This document shows positions 37,372 to 46,842 of a stretch of DNA of 64,000 nt, piece by piece (position 1 is the stretch's first letter; each line of letters opens with the position of its first letter). A program made the translations under genes and the position numbers. Under the pieces are notes generated by a model. It was not told where the DNA came from. It saw nothing but the letters and a program-made list of their open reading frames with translations, and made no database searches. Origin of the DNA: Bacteroidota bacterium (lineage in GTDB: Bacteria > Bacteroidota > Bacteroidia > Bacteroidales > JACABE01); the NCBI GenBank assembly GCA_013377005.1, contig JACABE010000017.1, positions 9,096-73,095 on the forward strand, read 5' to 3'.

Positions 37372-37956
37372 TTACTTCCATTTTAGTGTACCAATCAAAT
37401 GGTCGATATCCTTTTCAATAAAATCAATTACAGGAGCCAAAGAGTCGTTACAAGGCACCATATTAAAGTACAAAGCACCACGGATGTAATGTTTCTTTCG
37501 GTCGGTTGCAAAAAACTGATAAGACGAAGCCACCGAATTTCCTTTGATATTATAAACCACACCATACACATTGTTTTCGGGGTTTTCATACGATTTTTCT
37601 TTTATAGAAGTGGCTTTTGAAATATGCTTATCAACAAATTTACGAGCATTCTCAATCAAACTGTCTAAATTATTTTTCACAGTTTTATAAGTAATATGAA
37701 TAGTAGCATTATAGGTCGGAAAATTAATATTTATCCAGTACCTATCGTCTCCTACAGCATTATTATTGTGTTTTATTAGCGCATACTTTGGATATTCAAA
37801 AGAATAAGGGAATAAAGTGTCAAAAGATTGATATGATTTTTCGGGTAACCCAATTCGAAAATAAGCCTTTGGTTTTGGAGCATAATCTTCGCCACCACAA
37901 GAAATAATTACAAACAATCCAAGTATTAATACTGAGTATAAAACAATTTTTTGCAT
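37372..37956 (-). CDS. gldD: gliding motility lipoprotein GldD
   Basis: Lipoprotein signal (FVIISCGG), a PKPKAYFRIGLP segment, about 190 aa, and a position immediately downstream of gldE with ssb and mutY upstream. This is the arrangement described for Flavobacterium johnsoniae. Confidence 0.7.
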   Translation of the reverse strand: MQKIVLYSVLILGLFVIISCGGEDYAPKPKAYFRIGLPEKSYQSFDTLFPYSFEYPKYALIKHNNNAVGDDRYWININFPTYNATIHITYKTVKNNLDSLIENARKFVDKHISKATSIKEKSYENPENNVYGVVYNIKGNSVASSYQFFATDRKKHYIRGALYFNMVPCNDSLAPVIDFIEKDIDHLIGTLKWK

Positions 37957-37965
37957 AGATTTTCC

Positions 37966-39327
37966 CTAATTAACTGTTACTTTTATGCGTTTAATCCTAC
38001 GATTATCAACAGCTTCAATTCGAAAAGTAAAATTATCGAGTTGAATAACCGTATTTTTCTCAGGTATTTTTCCTTGGTTTTCTAAAATAAGTCCTGCAAT
38101 AGTATCCGATTCTCCTTTTATTTCATCAAAAACTTTTTCTTCCAACCCAAGTATTTTGTAAAAATCATTCAACGTGGTTTTGCCTTCAAACATATAATTC
38201 TTTTCATCAATTTTAGTATAATCAACTCCTTCTGCTGCTATATCAAATTCATCATTGATTTCTCCCACAATTTCCTCTAAAATATCTTCAAGCGTAACTA
38301 TTCCCGAAGTTCCACCATATTCATCTACTACAATGGCTAAATGGATTTTTTTTTCTTGAAACTCTTTAAGTAAATCATTTATCTTTTTATTTTCAGGCAC
38401 AAAAAAAGCAGGACGTATCAACTTCATCCAATTAAAACTATTATCCTTATTCAAATGAGGCAAAAGGTCTTTAATATATAAGATCCCATCAATCCTATCA
38501 AAATTTTCGGTATAAACCGGCATTCTTGAATATCCTGTATCCAGCACTATTTTTAGCAAATTACTATACATACATTGGCTATCGATGGCAACTACATCGA
38601 TGCGTGATTTCATAATTTCTTTTACATCAATATCTCCAAAATTTACAATTCCTCTTAAAATTTGAGTTTCATGTTGAGGCGTTGAAGTTCCCGATGTAAT
38701 ATCAATAACATCCGACAATTCGGAAATAGAAATATTATGTCCTTTTTTTGTAATTCTCTTATCAATCAATGAACTTGATTTTACTAAAACATAAATCAAA
38801 GGCGAAAAAACACGGCTCAAAAAATGCAAAGGAGAAGCCATAAATAAAACAATTTTCTTTGCATTTTGAGTAGCATAAACTTTGGGTAGAATTTCTCCGA
38901 GAAAAAGGATAAGAGAAGTTATAACAACCACCTGTATAAGCATTCCCAAAACAGGAAAACTTGTAAAGTCAAATAAATTGGCTACAATATAAGTTGAAAT
39001 AATTACGACAGAAGTGTTTACAAAGTTATTGGTAATTAAAACCGTAGCCAACAACTTTTTAGGTCTCTCTAAAAGATGAATTATCAGCTGATGTTTGGCT
39101 TCAGACGAACCCCTATATTCATCAATTTCAGAAGGTGTAAGCGAAAAAAAAGCATTTTCGGAACCTGAAACCAAAGCCGAAACTATCAAAAGTAAAAAAA
39201 TGAGAAGTATTCCAATAAAGATTCCTATCGTAAAAGTTTTAATAATAGCACTAATAAGTACCAGTGCTATTATCAAAACAGATTCTATGTGTACTATTTC
39301 CAATGCAAATGTATTTATTTCAGACAT
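37966..39327 (-). CDS. gldE: gliding motility-associated GldE (CNNM/DUF21 TM domain, CBS pair, CorC_HlyC domain)
   Basis: 453 aa. N-terminal 4-TM DUF21-type region, a CBS pair (DIDVKEIMKSR...), and a C-terminal transporter-associated domain. Confidence 0.8.
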   Translation of the reverse strand: MSEINTFALEIVHIESVLIIALVLISAIIKTFTIGIFIGILLIFLLLIVSALVSGSENAFFSLTPSEIDEYRGSSEAKHQLIIHLLERPKKLLATVLITNNFVNTSVVIISTYIVANLFDFTSFPVLGMLIQVVVITSLILFLGEILPKVYATQNAKKIVLFMASPLHFLSRVFSPLIYVLVKSSSLIDKRITKKGHNISISELSDVIDITSGTSTPQHETQILRGIVNFGDIDVKEIMKSRIDVVAIDSQCMYSNLLKIVLDTGYSRMPVYTENFDRIDGILYIKDLLPHLNKDNSFNWMKLIRPAFFVPENKKINDLLKEFQEKKIHLAIVVDEYGGTSGIVTLEDILEEIVGEINDEFDIAAEGVDYTKIDEKNYMFEGKTTLNDFYKILGLEEKVFDEIKGESDTIAGLILENQGKIPEKNTVIQLDNFTFRIEAVDNRRIKRIKVTVN

Positions 39328-39395
39328 TTATAAAAACAAGATAAATGAAAGTTTAAAAATGCAAATTACGGAAAAAAATACGTATGTCAGACAGA

Positions 39396-39812
39396 TTAAA
39401 AAGGTAAATCATCTTCTGGTCCATTTGGAATATCTATAGGAACCGGCGGAGGAGTATTGCTTCCACCATCTTGTCCGCCTTGTTTGCTATCAAGCATAGT
39501 AAAAGTATCTCCTACTATTTCTGTAATATATCTTTTGTTTCCATCTTTATCGTCATAAGTACGATATTTTATTTTACCTTCAAGATAAATTTTACTGCCT
39601 TTATGCAGGAATCTTTCAGCTATATCAGCCAAGCCTCTCCAAAGAACAATATTATGCCATTCAGTTTGGTCAACTTTATTTCCATCTTTTGTTTTATAAG
39701 ATTCGGATGTTGCCAGCGAAAATGCTGCTTTTTTTACATCATTCCCAATGTTAGTAATTTCAGGGTCTTTACCTAAATTTCCAACTAAAATAACTTTATT
39801 TACTCCAGCCAT
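39396..39812 (-). CDS. ssb: single-stranded DNA-binding protein
   Basis: MAGVNKVILVGNLGKDPE OB-fold start, TEWHNIVLW, a Gly/Pro-rich tail and the acidic tip DDLPF. Confidence 0.95.
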   Translation of the reverse strand: MAGVNKVILVGNLGKDPEITNIGNDVKKAAFSLATSESYKTKDGNKVDQTEWHNIVLWRGLADIAERFLHKGSKIYLEGKIKYRTYDDKDGNKRYITEIVGDTFTMLDSKQGGQDGGSNTPPPVPIDIPNGPEDDLPF

Positions 39813-39902
39813 ATTTTTAGTTTTTTATGATTAATAATTTAGTACAAACTTACATAATATATTTTCAATATTTAATCTTATTTTAACAAAAAAAGATAAA
39901 TT

Positions 39903-40961
39903 TTATACACAATTATCTTTTAAGTAGTTATCAACGAGTTTTGGAATGGGATATATATTTATTTCGGAAGAAGGCACCATAATAAAATTCGTAGTTTCTG
40001 CTAAAGGGGTTGTAATCTTAATATCAAAAAAATAAGCAGAAATAGCCTGATGGGTTAATTGATGCCTGTACATTCTACTGACTTTTTTTAAATTGTAATT
40101 ATTAGACTTTAAAATCTTTTCTATCTCAAAGGAAATGTCTTCTGCAACATCCATTTCTTTTTCAGATTCAATAAGTGGAAAATCATACATATTTTTCCAA
40201 ATATCATTATTAGTTCGCTTATTTAGATATACAAATTCAGTATTATTATAAGTAAGTCTTATAACCAAATAATAAAAAAACCTTGACCGTTGATTTATTT
40301 TTTTTGTTTTTACAGGAAAATCATGCATGATTTTATTTGAAGTAGCAAAACAAAGTGCATTTAAAGGACAGGTTTCACATTTTGGATTTTGTGGTAAACA
40401 AACCATAGCACCCAATTCCATGATAGCTTGGTTAAAAATATCAGGATTTTGCTCATCAATTAAAGTCTTTAGAATACTTAACACCTCTTTTTTACCTTTA
40501 TCAATATCAATAGGGGTTGAGATTCCATAAATTCTTGATATTACTCTAAGCACATTTCCATCTATCACAGGATAACATTGTTTAAAAGCAAAAGAAGCAA
40601 TGGCGCTGGCCGAATAATTTCCGATTCCTTTTAATTTTATAATATCATGATAATCAGAAGGAAAAACGCCATTAAAATCACTAATAATTTGTTGAGCAGC
40701 ATAATAAATATTTCGTGCACGAGAATAGTATCCTAAACCTTGCCAAAGTTTCAAAACATCCTCTTCCTCAGCTTTTGCCAATGTTTGTACATCAGGAAAT
40801 TTTTCGATAAACCTCAGATAATATTGATACCCCTGATTTACACGTGTTTGTTGTAAGATAATTTCAGAAATCCATATTAAATAAGGATTTTGGGTGTTTC
40901 TCCAAGGTAAATCACGGTGATTATATTTATACCAATGCAAAAGCTTTGTACTAAAATTCAT
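39903..40961 (-). CDS. mutY: A/G-specific adenine DNA glycosylase
   Basis: LPWR, EIILQQTRV, the HhH-GPD motif GIGNYSASAIASFAF, the 4Fe-4S loop C..P.C..CP....C, and a C-terminal NUDIX-like domain. Confidence 0.9.
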   Translation of the reverse strand: MNFSTKLLHWYKYNHRDLPWRNTQNPYLIWISEIILQQTRVNQGYQYYLRFIEKFPDVQTLAKAEEEDVLKLWQGLGYYSRARNIYYAAQQIISDFNGVFPSDYHDIIKLKGIGNYSASAIASFAFKQCYPVIDGNVLRVISRIYGISTPIDIDKGKKEVLSILKTLIDEQNPDIFNQAIMELGAMVCLPQNPKCETCPLNALCFATSNKIMHDFPVKTKKINQRSRFFYYLVIRLTYNNTEFVYLNKRTNNDIWKNMYDFPLIESEKEMDVAEDISFEIEKILKSNNYNLKKVSRMYRHQLTHQAISAYFFDIKITTPLAETTNFIMVPSSEINIYPIPKLVDNYLKDNCV

Positions 40962-41182
40962 TTCTAAAAAAAGTAAGATAATATATTAACAGATAGCAAA
41001 ATAAATACAAAAATACAAAAACAGGAAAAATGTTGTTTTCACTGTATTTTCAGGTTATAAAAGTATAAAAAAAACACTTCAAAAAAGATTCTTTTCATAA
41101 AATTAATATCAAAAACAAATTTATATTGAACGAATTAGATATAAAAAAATAAAAAAAACAGATTACATATATAAAATTTTAT

Positions 41183-41190
41183 TATTTTTG
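41183..41190 (+). promoter_or_regulatory. Bacteroidota -7 promoter box (TAnnTTTG) for the HU gene
   Basis: TATTTTTG lies upstream of the ATG at 41236. Confidence 0.35.
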
Positions 41191-41235
41191 CAGTCTTAAA
41201 AAACGAATTACTAAACAAATAAAAATTAATGTAAT

Positions 41236-41520
41236 ATGACAAAAGCAGAAATCGTAGCAGAAATTGCTAACAAAACAGGTATTGAAAAAGTTTCTATCCA
41301 AGCAACTGTAGAAGCATTCATGGATTCAATTAAATCATCTCTTGGTAAAGGTGAAAACGTTTATTTAAGAGGATTTGGTAGCTTTATTATCAAACAAAGA
41401 GCTAAAAAAACCGGTAGAAATATTTCTAAAAACACTACAATTATTATTCCTGCTCACAAAATTCCTTCATTCAAACCAGCTAAAACATTTGTAACAGAAG
41501 TAAAGAATAAAGTAAAATAA
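41236..41520 (+). CDS. HU-family DNA-binding protein
   Basis: 94 aa. MTKAEIVAEIA..., GFGSF, R.GRN.... and IP....P.FKP arm motifs. Confidence 0.9.
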   Translation: MTKAEIVAEIANKTGIEKVSIQATVEAFMDSIKSSLGKGENVYLRGFGSFIIKQRAKKTGRNISKNTTIIIPAHKIPSFKPAKTFVTEVKNKVK

Positions 41521-41542
41521 TTCTAAAAGAAGGAAAAACACT

Positions 41543-41632
41543 ATGCCAAGCGGAAAAAAGAAGAAACGACATAAAATGTCGGTTCATAAACGTAAAAAAC
41601 ATTTGAGAAAAAACAGGCATAAAAAGAAATAA
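41543..41632 (+). CDS. 29-aa Lys/Arg/His-rich peptide, candidate bS22 (mS38/AURKAIP1-COX24-like) small ribosomal protein
   Basis: Not in the ORF track (under 60 aa). ATG at 41543, TAA at 41630-41632: MPSGKKKKRHKMSVHKRKKHLRKNRHKKK. It sits 22 nt after the HU stop and is followed by a strong terminator. Confidence 0.55.
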   Translation: MPSGKKKKRHKMSVHKRKKHLRKNRHKKK

Positions 41633-41654
41633 TTTTTTTTTAATATTGTTTTTT

Positions 41655-41701
41655 CAATTACATAATGGTGCAAATCTGTACCATTATGTAATTGATTTTT
41701 T
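41655..41701 (+). terminator. intrinsic terminator
   Basis: Perfect 15-bp stem CAATTACATAATGGT / ACCATTATGTAATTG with a 10-nt loop, followed by ATTTTTT. Confidence 0.7.
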
Positions 41702-41784
41702 ATACAATCACATATCCACGTTGTGATTACTAAAGTTAGTATTATTTGAACAAATATTAACTACTAAAGCTAAATATACTAAGA

Positions 41785-43332
41785 GTGAATAAGGAATTGA
41801 TTATCGATTCAAGAGCCAATGAAGTTGAAATTGCGTTACTTGAAGAAAAACAATTAGTTGAGTTAAATAAAGAAAAAAAAAACAACAATCATACTGTTGG
41901 TGATATATATTTGGGTCGGGTAAAAAAAATTATGCCTGGTTTAAATGCTGCATTTGTTGACGTTGGATACGAAAAAGATGCTTTTTTGCATTATCTTGAT
42001 TTAGGGCCACAACTTAATTCTCTGATAAAGTTTATTAAAATTTCTCAATCTGCCAATGAAAAGGTAAATATGGATACCTTTGTTATTGAACCAGATATCG
42101 AAAAAACAGGTAAGATTACCAATGTATTGAAATCTAACCAACCAATATTAGTTCAAATTGCCAAAGAACCTATCTCCACAAAAGGGCCAAGAATCTCTTC
42201 AGAAATATCATTCCCTGGAAGATACCTTGTATTGGTTCCTTTTTCAAATAGAATTTCTATTTCTCAAAAAATTAAAAGTCAGGAGGAACGAAATAGGCTT
42301 AAAAGACTTATCCAAAGTATAAAACCAAAAAATTTCGGTGTAATTATCCGTACTGTAGCGGAAAATAAAAACGTAGCTGAATTAGATGCAGATTTACGCA
42401 ATTTGGTCAGTAAATGGACTTCTATCATGGATAAATTTAGTGATGCGAAGCCTCCCATGAAAATGCTAAGCGAATTAGACAGAACTTCTGCTATCTTAAG
42501 AGATTTATTAAACAAAGATTTTAATAGCGTAGTTACAAATGATGCTGATTTAGCTGAAGAAATTAAAAATTATATCCTTACAATTGCTCCTGAAAAAGCG
42601 GATATTATCAAACTCCACAAAAGCAAAGTGCCTATTTTTGAGCATTATGGAATTGATAAGCAAATCAAATCATCTTTCGGTAAAATAGTTAGCATTAAGA
42701 GCGGTGTTTATTTAATCGTGGAACACACTGAAGCTATGCATGTTATTGATGTCAATAGCGGTCATCGTTTAAATACTGATAAAAATCAGGAATCAAATGC
42801 ACTTGAAGTAAATCTTGAAGCTGCTACTGAAATTGCTCGTCAATTAAGGCTTAGAGATATGGGTGGTATTATTGTAGTTGATTTTATTGACTTACATGAA
42901 GCTGTAAATCGTCGAAAATTATTTCAACGCCTTGCCGAAGAAATGGCGAAAGATAGCACAAAACACACCATTTTACCTCCAAGCAAATTTGGTTTAGTGC
43001 AAATTACTCGTCAACGAGTTCGTCCAGAGATGAACGTAGAAGTACTTGAAAAATGTCCTGCATGTGATGGTACCGGTAAAATAAAACCTAGTATGCTTTT
43101 CATAGATGAAATTGAAAATAATGTTAGATATTTAATTAACGAACAGAATGAAAGTGGGTTTACAATTGCTACTAATCCATATATCTATGCTTATTTAACA
43201 AGAGGACTTTACTCATTTCAAATGAGATGGTTTTTAAAGTATAAGAAATGGATAAAAATAAAACCACTCACTGCCTATCATTTTTTGGAGTATCATTTTT
43301 TTAATAAAAATAATGATGAAATAAAATTATAA
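41785..43332 (+). CDS. rng: ribonuclease G/E family endoribonuclease
   Basis: 515 aa with a GTG start. S1 domain (GDIYLGRVKKIMPGLNAAFVDVG), the catalytic region HVIDVNSG and DFIDL, and a Zn-link CPACDGTG. Confidence 0.9.
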   Translation: MNKELIIDSRANEVEIALLEEKQLVELNKEKKNNNHTVGDIYLGRVKKIMPGLNAAFVDVGYEKDAFLHYLDLGPQLNSLIKFIKISQSANEKVNMDTFVIEPDIEKTGKITNVLKSNQPILVQIAKEPISTKGPRISSEISFPGRYLVLVPFSNRISISQKIKSQEERNRLKRLIQSIKPKNFGVIIRTVAENKNVAELDADLRNLVSKWTSIMDKFSDAKPPMKMLSELDRTSAILRDLLNKDFNSVVTNDADLAEEIKNYILTIAPEKADIIKLHKSKVPIFEHYGIDKQIKSSFGKIVSIKSGVYLIVEHTEAMHVIDVNSGHRLNTDKNQESNALEVNLEAATEIARQLRLRDMGGIIVVDFIDLHEAVNRRKLFQRLAEEMAKDSTKHTILPPSKFGLVQITRQRVRPEMNVEVLEKCPACDGTGKIKPSMLFIDEIENNVRYLINEQNESGFTIATNPYIYAYLTRGLYSFQMRWFLKYKKWIKIKPLTAYHFLEYHFFNKNNDEIKL

Positions 43333-43337
43333 TAAAG

Positions 43338-43362
43338 AAGCCGGATATATTCCGGTTTTTTT
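43338..43362 (+). terminator. intrinsic terminator after rng
   Basis: CCGGA-TATAT-TCCGG stem-loop followed by T7. It overlaps the stop codon of the convergent M20 gene. Confidence 0.5.
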
Positions 43363-44548
43363 ATTTTAACTGACTATAAGCTAACCAAGCCATTAACCCC
43401 ATTCCTGTTTCAATAGAATTTTCATCTATATCAAAAGTGTTGGTGTGCAAATTAGAAACAATCCCTTTCGCTTCATTGCGAACTCCTAGGCGATAAAAAC
43501 AAGCAGGTATTTCTTGAGAATAATAAGCAAAATCTTCAGCTGTCAATCTCATATCAAGTTTAATCACATTTTCTTTACCTAAAAAATCTATTGCATATGA
43601 TTTAATATCCGCTGTTACTTTTATATCATTTACCAAAAAAGGATAACCTTTATCAATAAATACATCACAACTTCCGCCCATTTCCTTTGCAACGGATTGA
43701 GCTATTTCGGTAATCTTATAATGAGCTTTTGCACGCCATTCTTCATCAAAAGTCCGCAAAGTTCCATCCATTTTAACTTCATCGGGTATAATATTAGTTC
43801 TTCCATTTCCTTCAATCCTACCAATAGATAATACAGTTGGTAAATCTGTTTGTGTGTTGTAATCTGTTATTTTTTGTAATGCAATAATAATATGAGAAGC
43901 AATTACAATTGGATTGATATTTAATTCAGGGGTTGCAGCATGCCCTCCCTTACCTTTTACCGTTAAATATATTTCATCTGTAGAAGCCATGTATTTTCCT
44001 GCTCGCAAGCCTATTTTCCCGCTTTCTAACGTAGGCAATACATGTTGCCCTATAATGAGTTCTGGAACAGGATTCTCAAGTACTCTTTCTTTTATCATTG
44101 CTTGTGCTCCTCCAGGAAATTTTTCTTCTGATGGTTGAAAAATAAACTTGACACTTCCTTCAAATTCATCTTTAATTGTTTGTAAGATTTTTGCTGCTCC
44201 CAACAAACATGCAATGTGTGCATCATGTCCACATGCATGCATAATTCCTTTGTTGACAGATTTATACTCACAATTATTCTTTTCTTCAATTGGAAGTGCA
44301 TCCATATCAGCACGCAAAGCAATAATTTTTTTAGTCGGGTTTTTACCTTCTATAATGGCAACAATTCCCGTCTTTGCAATTCCTGCTTGAAAAGGAATTC
44401 CAAATTCTTTTAAACTATTTGCTATTAGTTCAGAAGTTTTATGTTCTTCAAACCCAAGTTCTGGATGAATGTGAATTTTTCTTCTGATTTCAATAAATTC
44501 AGGAAGATAATCTGATGCGAGTGATTTAATTTTCTGAATATGTCCCAT
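43361..44548 (-). CDS. M20D-family amidohydrolase (N-acyl-amino acid amidohydrolase/hippuricase type)
   Basis: 395 aa. RRKIHIHPELGFEE, ALRADMDALP and MHACGHDAH metal-binding motifs. Confidence 0.85.
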   Translation of the reverse strand: MGHIQKIKSLASDYLPEFIEIRRKIHIHPELGFEEHKTSELIANSLKEFGIPFQAGIAKTGIVAIIEGKNPTKKIIALRADMDALPIEEKNNCEYKSVNKGIMHACGHDAHIACLLGAAKILQTIKDEFEGSVKFIFQPSEEKFPGGAQAMIKERVLENPVPELIIGQHVLPTLESGKIGLRAGKYMASTDEIYLTVKGKGGHAATPELNINPIVIASHIIIALQKITDYNTQTDLPTVLSIGRIEGNGRTNIIPDEVKMDGTLRTFDEEWRAKAHYKITEIAQSVAKEMGGSCDVFIDKGYPFLVNDIKVTADIKSYAIDFLGKENVIKLDMRLTAEDFAYYSQEIPACFYRLGVRNEAKGIVSNLHTNTFDIDENSIETGMGLMAWLAYSQLK

Positions 44549-44555
44549 TTTTGCA

Positions 44556-46385
44556 CTATTCTGTAAATGATTGTAATTTAATTAAATTGTAATATAGCTT
44601 ATTGTTTTCAATAAGCGAAAAATGTGTACCTCTTTCAACAATTTTGCCATTATCTATAACAATAATTTCATCTGCATTTTTGATTGTAGATAACCTGTGA
44701 GCAATTACAATGGATGTTCTGTTTTTCATTAAATTTGTTAAAGCTTCTTGTACATATCTTTCCGATTCTGTATCAAGAGCAGAAGTAGCTTCATCTAATA
44801 TCATTATAGGTGGATTTTTAAGTACTGCACGAGCAATGCTAATTCTCTGACGCTGCCCACCGGATAAATTTGCACCCCTATCTCCTATATTAGTGTAATA
44901 TCCATGTTCCATATCTGAAATAAATCCATGTGCATTTGCAACTTTTGCAGCGGCAATTACATCATCTTCACTTACGTTTTCCATGCCAAATGCAATGTTA
45001 TTCATGATACTATCATTAAATAGTACGGTTTCTTGTGATACAACTCCAACTAAATCACGAATATCTGAAATAACTAAATCTTTAATCGGAATACCATCAA
45101 TCAAAATTTCACCTTCTGTACAATCATAGAATCTTGGTAATAAATCAACCAAAGTAGATTTTCCACCACCCGATGGACCAACAACAGCTATCATTCTACC
45201 TTTTTCTATTACTAAATTAATATCGTCTAGTATTTTTATACGAGAATTATCAATATTATACTGAAAACTCAAATTTTTATATTCAATATTATGAGAAAAA
45301 GATTTTTTAGAAATAGCATTGGGCTTTTCTTCTATTTTTTCTTCTGCATCAATAATTTCAAAAACTCTTTTTGTTGCTGATGCGCCTCTTTGTAGATTGT
45401 AAAATGAAGAGATAAATGATTGGGCTGGCGGAATCATTCTACTGAAAATAACGACAAAAAAAAGGAAAACGTCTGGTTTTAATTTACCGTTTAACACCAT
45501 ATTACCTCCAAACCAAATAACAACCAGCAAGCCAATTATTGCAAGTGTTTCCGTTAATGGGGCGGCTAAGTCTTTGCGCCGATAAATTTTAATCATGATT
45601 TTAGTGTAAACATGATTAATTCTTTTAAATTTATCATAAGCATAATCAATTGCATTAAAGGCTTTTATGATACGTAATCCTGTGATAGATTCTTCGGTAG
45701 TTGATACTACAACGCCTAATTGTCGTTGTCCTTTTTCGGAATTTCGTTTTAAACTCTTTCCAATCTTTCCAATTAGGAAACCGGCAGGTATTAACGTAAC
45801 AAGAGATAATGCAACTAACTGTGGGCTTATTGACAATAAAATTATCATAAAAAAAATCACATTCAGTGGGTCTTTAATAATCATTTGTAATGTGCTCACA
45901 ACCGACCATTCTATTTCATTAATATCAGAAGTTATTCGCGACATCAAATCACCTTTTTTTTGACCTGAATAAAACGAAATTGGCAATATTAATAATTTGT
46001 TGTATATGTCATTACGCAAATCTCGCACCATACAATTTCGTATTGGAGCCAAAAAATACATACCCAAATATCTGAAAAAATTATTTAAAAATGAAAACAA
46101 AATAAATAAAAGTGCTACGATAATTAGAACATAAAAAGTATCGTGTTCTGTCGTTAGCTTTCCAACAAAATAATTAATATTATCAATAATGGCTTGACTA
46201 TTCAAGGAAAATTCAGGTCGAAATGTAATTGGCTTTGAAATTTTAAAGAGGACATTAATAGTTGGTATTAACAAGGCTAAATTAAAGGATGAAAACAGAA
46301 TAAAAAGAATGTTGAACAACACATTCAAAACTGCATATTTTCTATAAGGTTTAATATAATTAAAAACTCTTAGCAAATCTTTCAT
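44556..46385 (-). CDS. ABC transporter, fused permease/ATPase (MsbA-like exporter)
   Basis: 609 aa. 6-TM domain, Walker A GPSGGGKST, signature LSGGQRQRISIARA, Walker B ILDEATSALD. Confidence 0.9.
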   Translation of the reverse strand: MKDLLRVFNYIKPYRKYAVLNVLFNILFILFSSFNLALLIPTINVLFKISKPITFRPEFSLNSQAIIDNINYFVGKLTTEHDTFYVLIIVALLFILFSFLNNFFRYLGMYFLAPIRNCMVRDLRNDIYNKLLILPISFYSGQKKGDLMSRITSDINEIEWSVVSTLQMIIKDPLNVIFFMIILLSISPQLVALSLVTLIPAGFLIGKIGKSLKRNSEKGQRQLGVVVSTTEESITGLRIIKAFNAIDYAYDKFKRINHVYTKIMIKIYRRKDLAAPLTETLAIIGLLVVIWFGGNMVLNGKLKPDVFLFFVVIFSRMIPPAQSFISSFYNLQRGASATKRVFEIIDAEEKIEEKPNAISKKSFSHNIEYKNLSFQYNIDNSRIKILDDINLVIEKGRMIAVVGPSGGGKSTLVDLLPRFYDCTEGEILIDGIPIKDLVISDIRDLVGVVSQETVLFNDSIMNNIAFGMENVSEDDVIAAAKVANAHGFISDMEHGYYTNIGDRGANLSGGQRQRISIARAVLKNPPIMILDEATSALDTESERYVQEALTNLMKNRTSIVIAHRLSTIKNADEIIVIDNGKIVERGTHFSLIENNKLYYNLIKLQSFTE

Positions 46386-46466
46386 AGTTGCAAAGATAGA
46401 ATAAAACCTTTTTAGTAAAGATGTAAAACAAAAATATTTGATACTACGTTATTAAATAAATTATTA

Positions 46467-46474
46467 TAATTTTG
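46467..46474 (+). promoter_or_regulatory. Bacteroidota -7 promoter box (TAnnTTTG) for rbfA
   Basis: TAATTTTG lies 6 nt upstream of the rbfA ATG, giving a near-leaderless transcript. Confidence 0.4.
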
Positions 46475-46480
46475 TAAACT

Positions 46481-46816
46481 ATGGAAACAACACGTCAAAA
46501 TAAAATATCAAGATTAATACAGAAAGATTTAAGTGAAATTTTTCAGCATCTTTCAAGAGAGCATTTTAAAAATGCAATGATTACAGTTACAGGAGTTAGG
46601 GTAAGTCCTGATTTATCAATTGCAAAGATTGCTGTTAGTATTTTTGCCACAAAAGATAAAAACGAAATTTTGCCATTGATAAAAGCAAAAAAAAATGAAA
46701 TTCGATTTGAACTTGCACATAAAGTTGGAAAACAATTAAGAGTAGTTCCATCATTGGAATTTTTTCTTGACGATTCATTAGATTATATCGAAAATATTGA
46801 AAATTTATTAAAATAG
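46481..46816 (+). CDS. rbfA: ribosome-binding factor A
   Basis: 111 aa. R..K....I.K.L..I and TVTGVRVSPDLSIAKI motifs of RbfA. Confidence 0.9.
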   Translation: METTRQNKISRLIQKDLSEIFQHLSREHFKNAMITVTGVRVSPDLSIAKIAVSIFATKDKNEILPLIKAKKNEIRFELAHKVGKQLRVVPSLEFFLDDSLDYIENIENLLK

Positions 46817-46842
46817 TCTTGTAAAATCATAAAATCAAGTTT

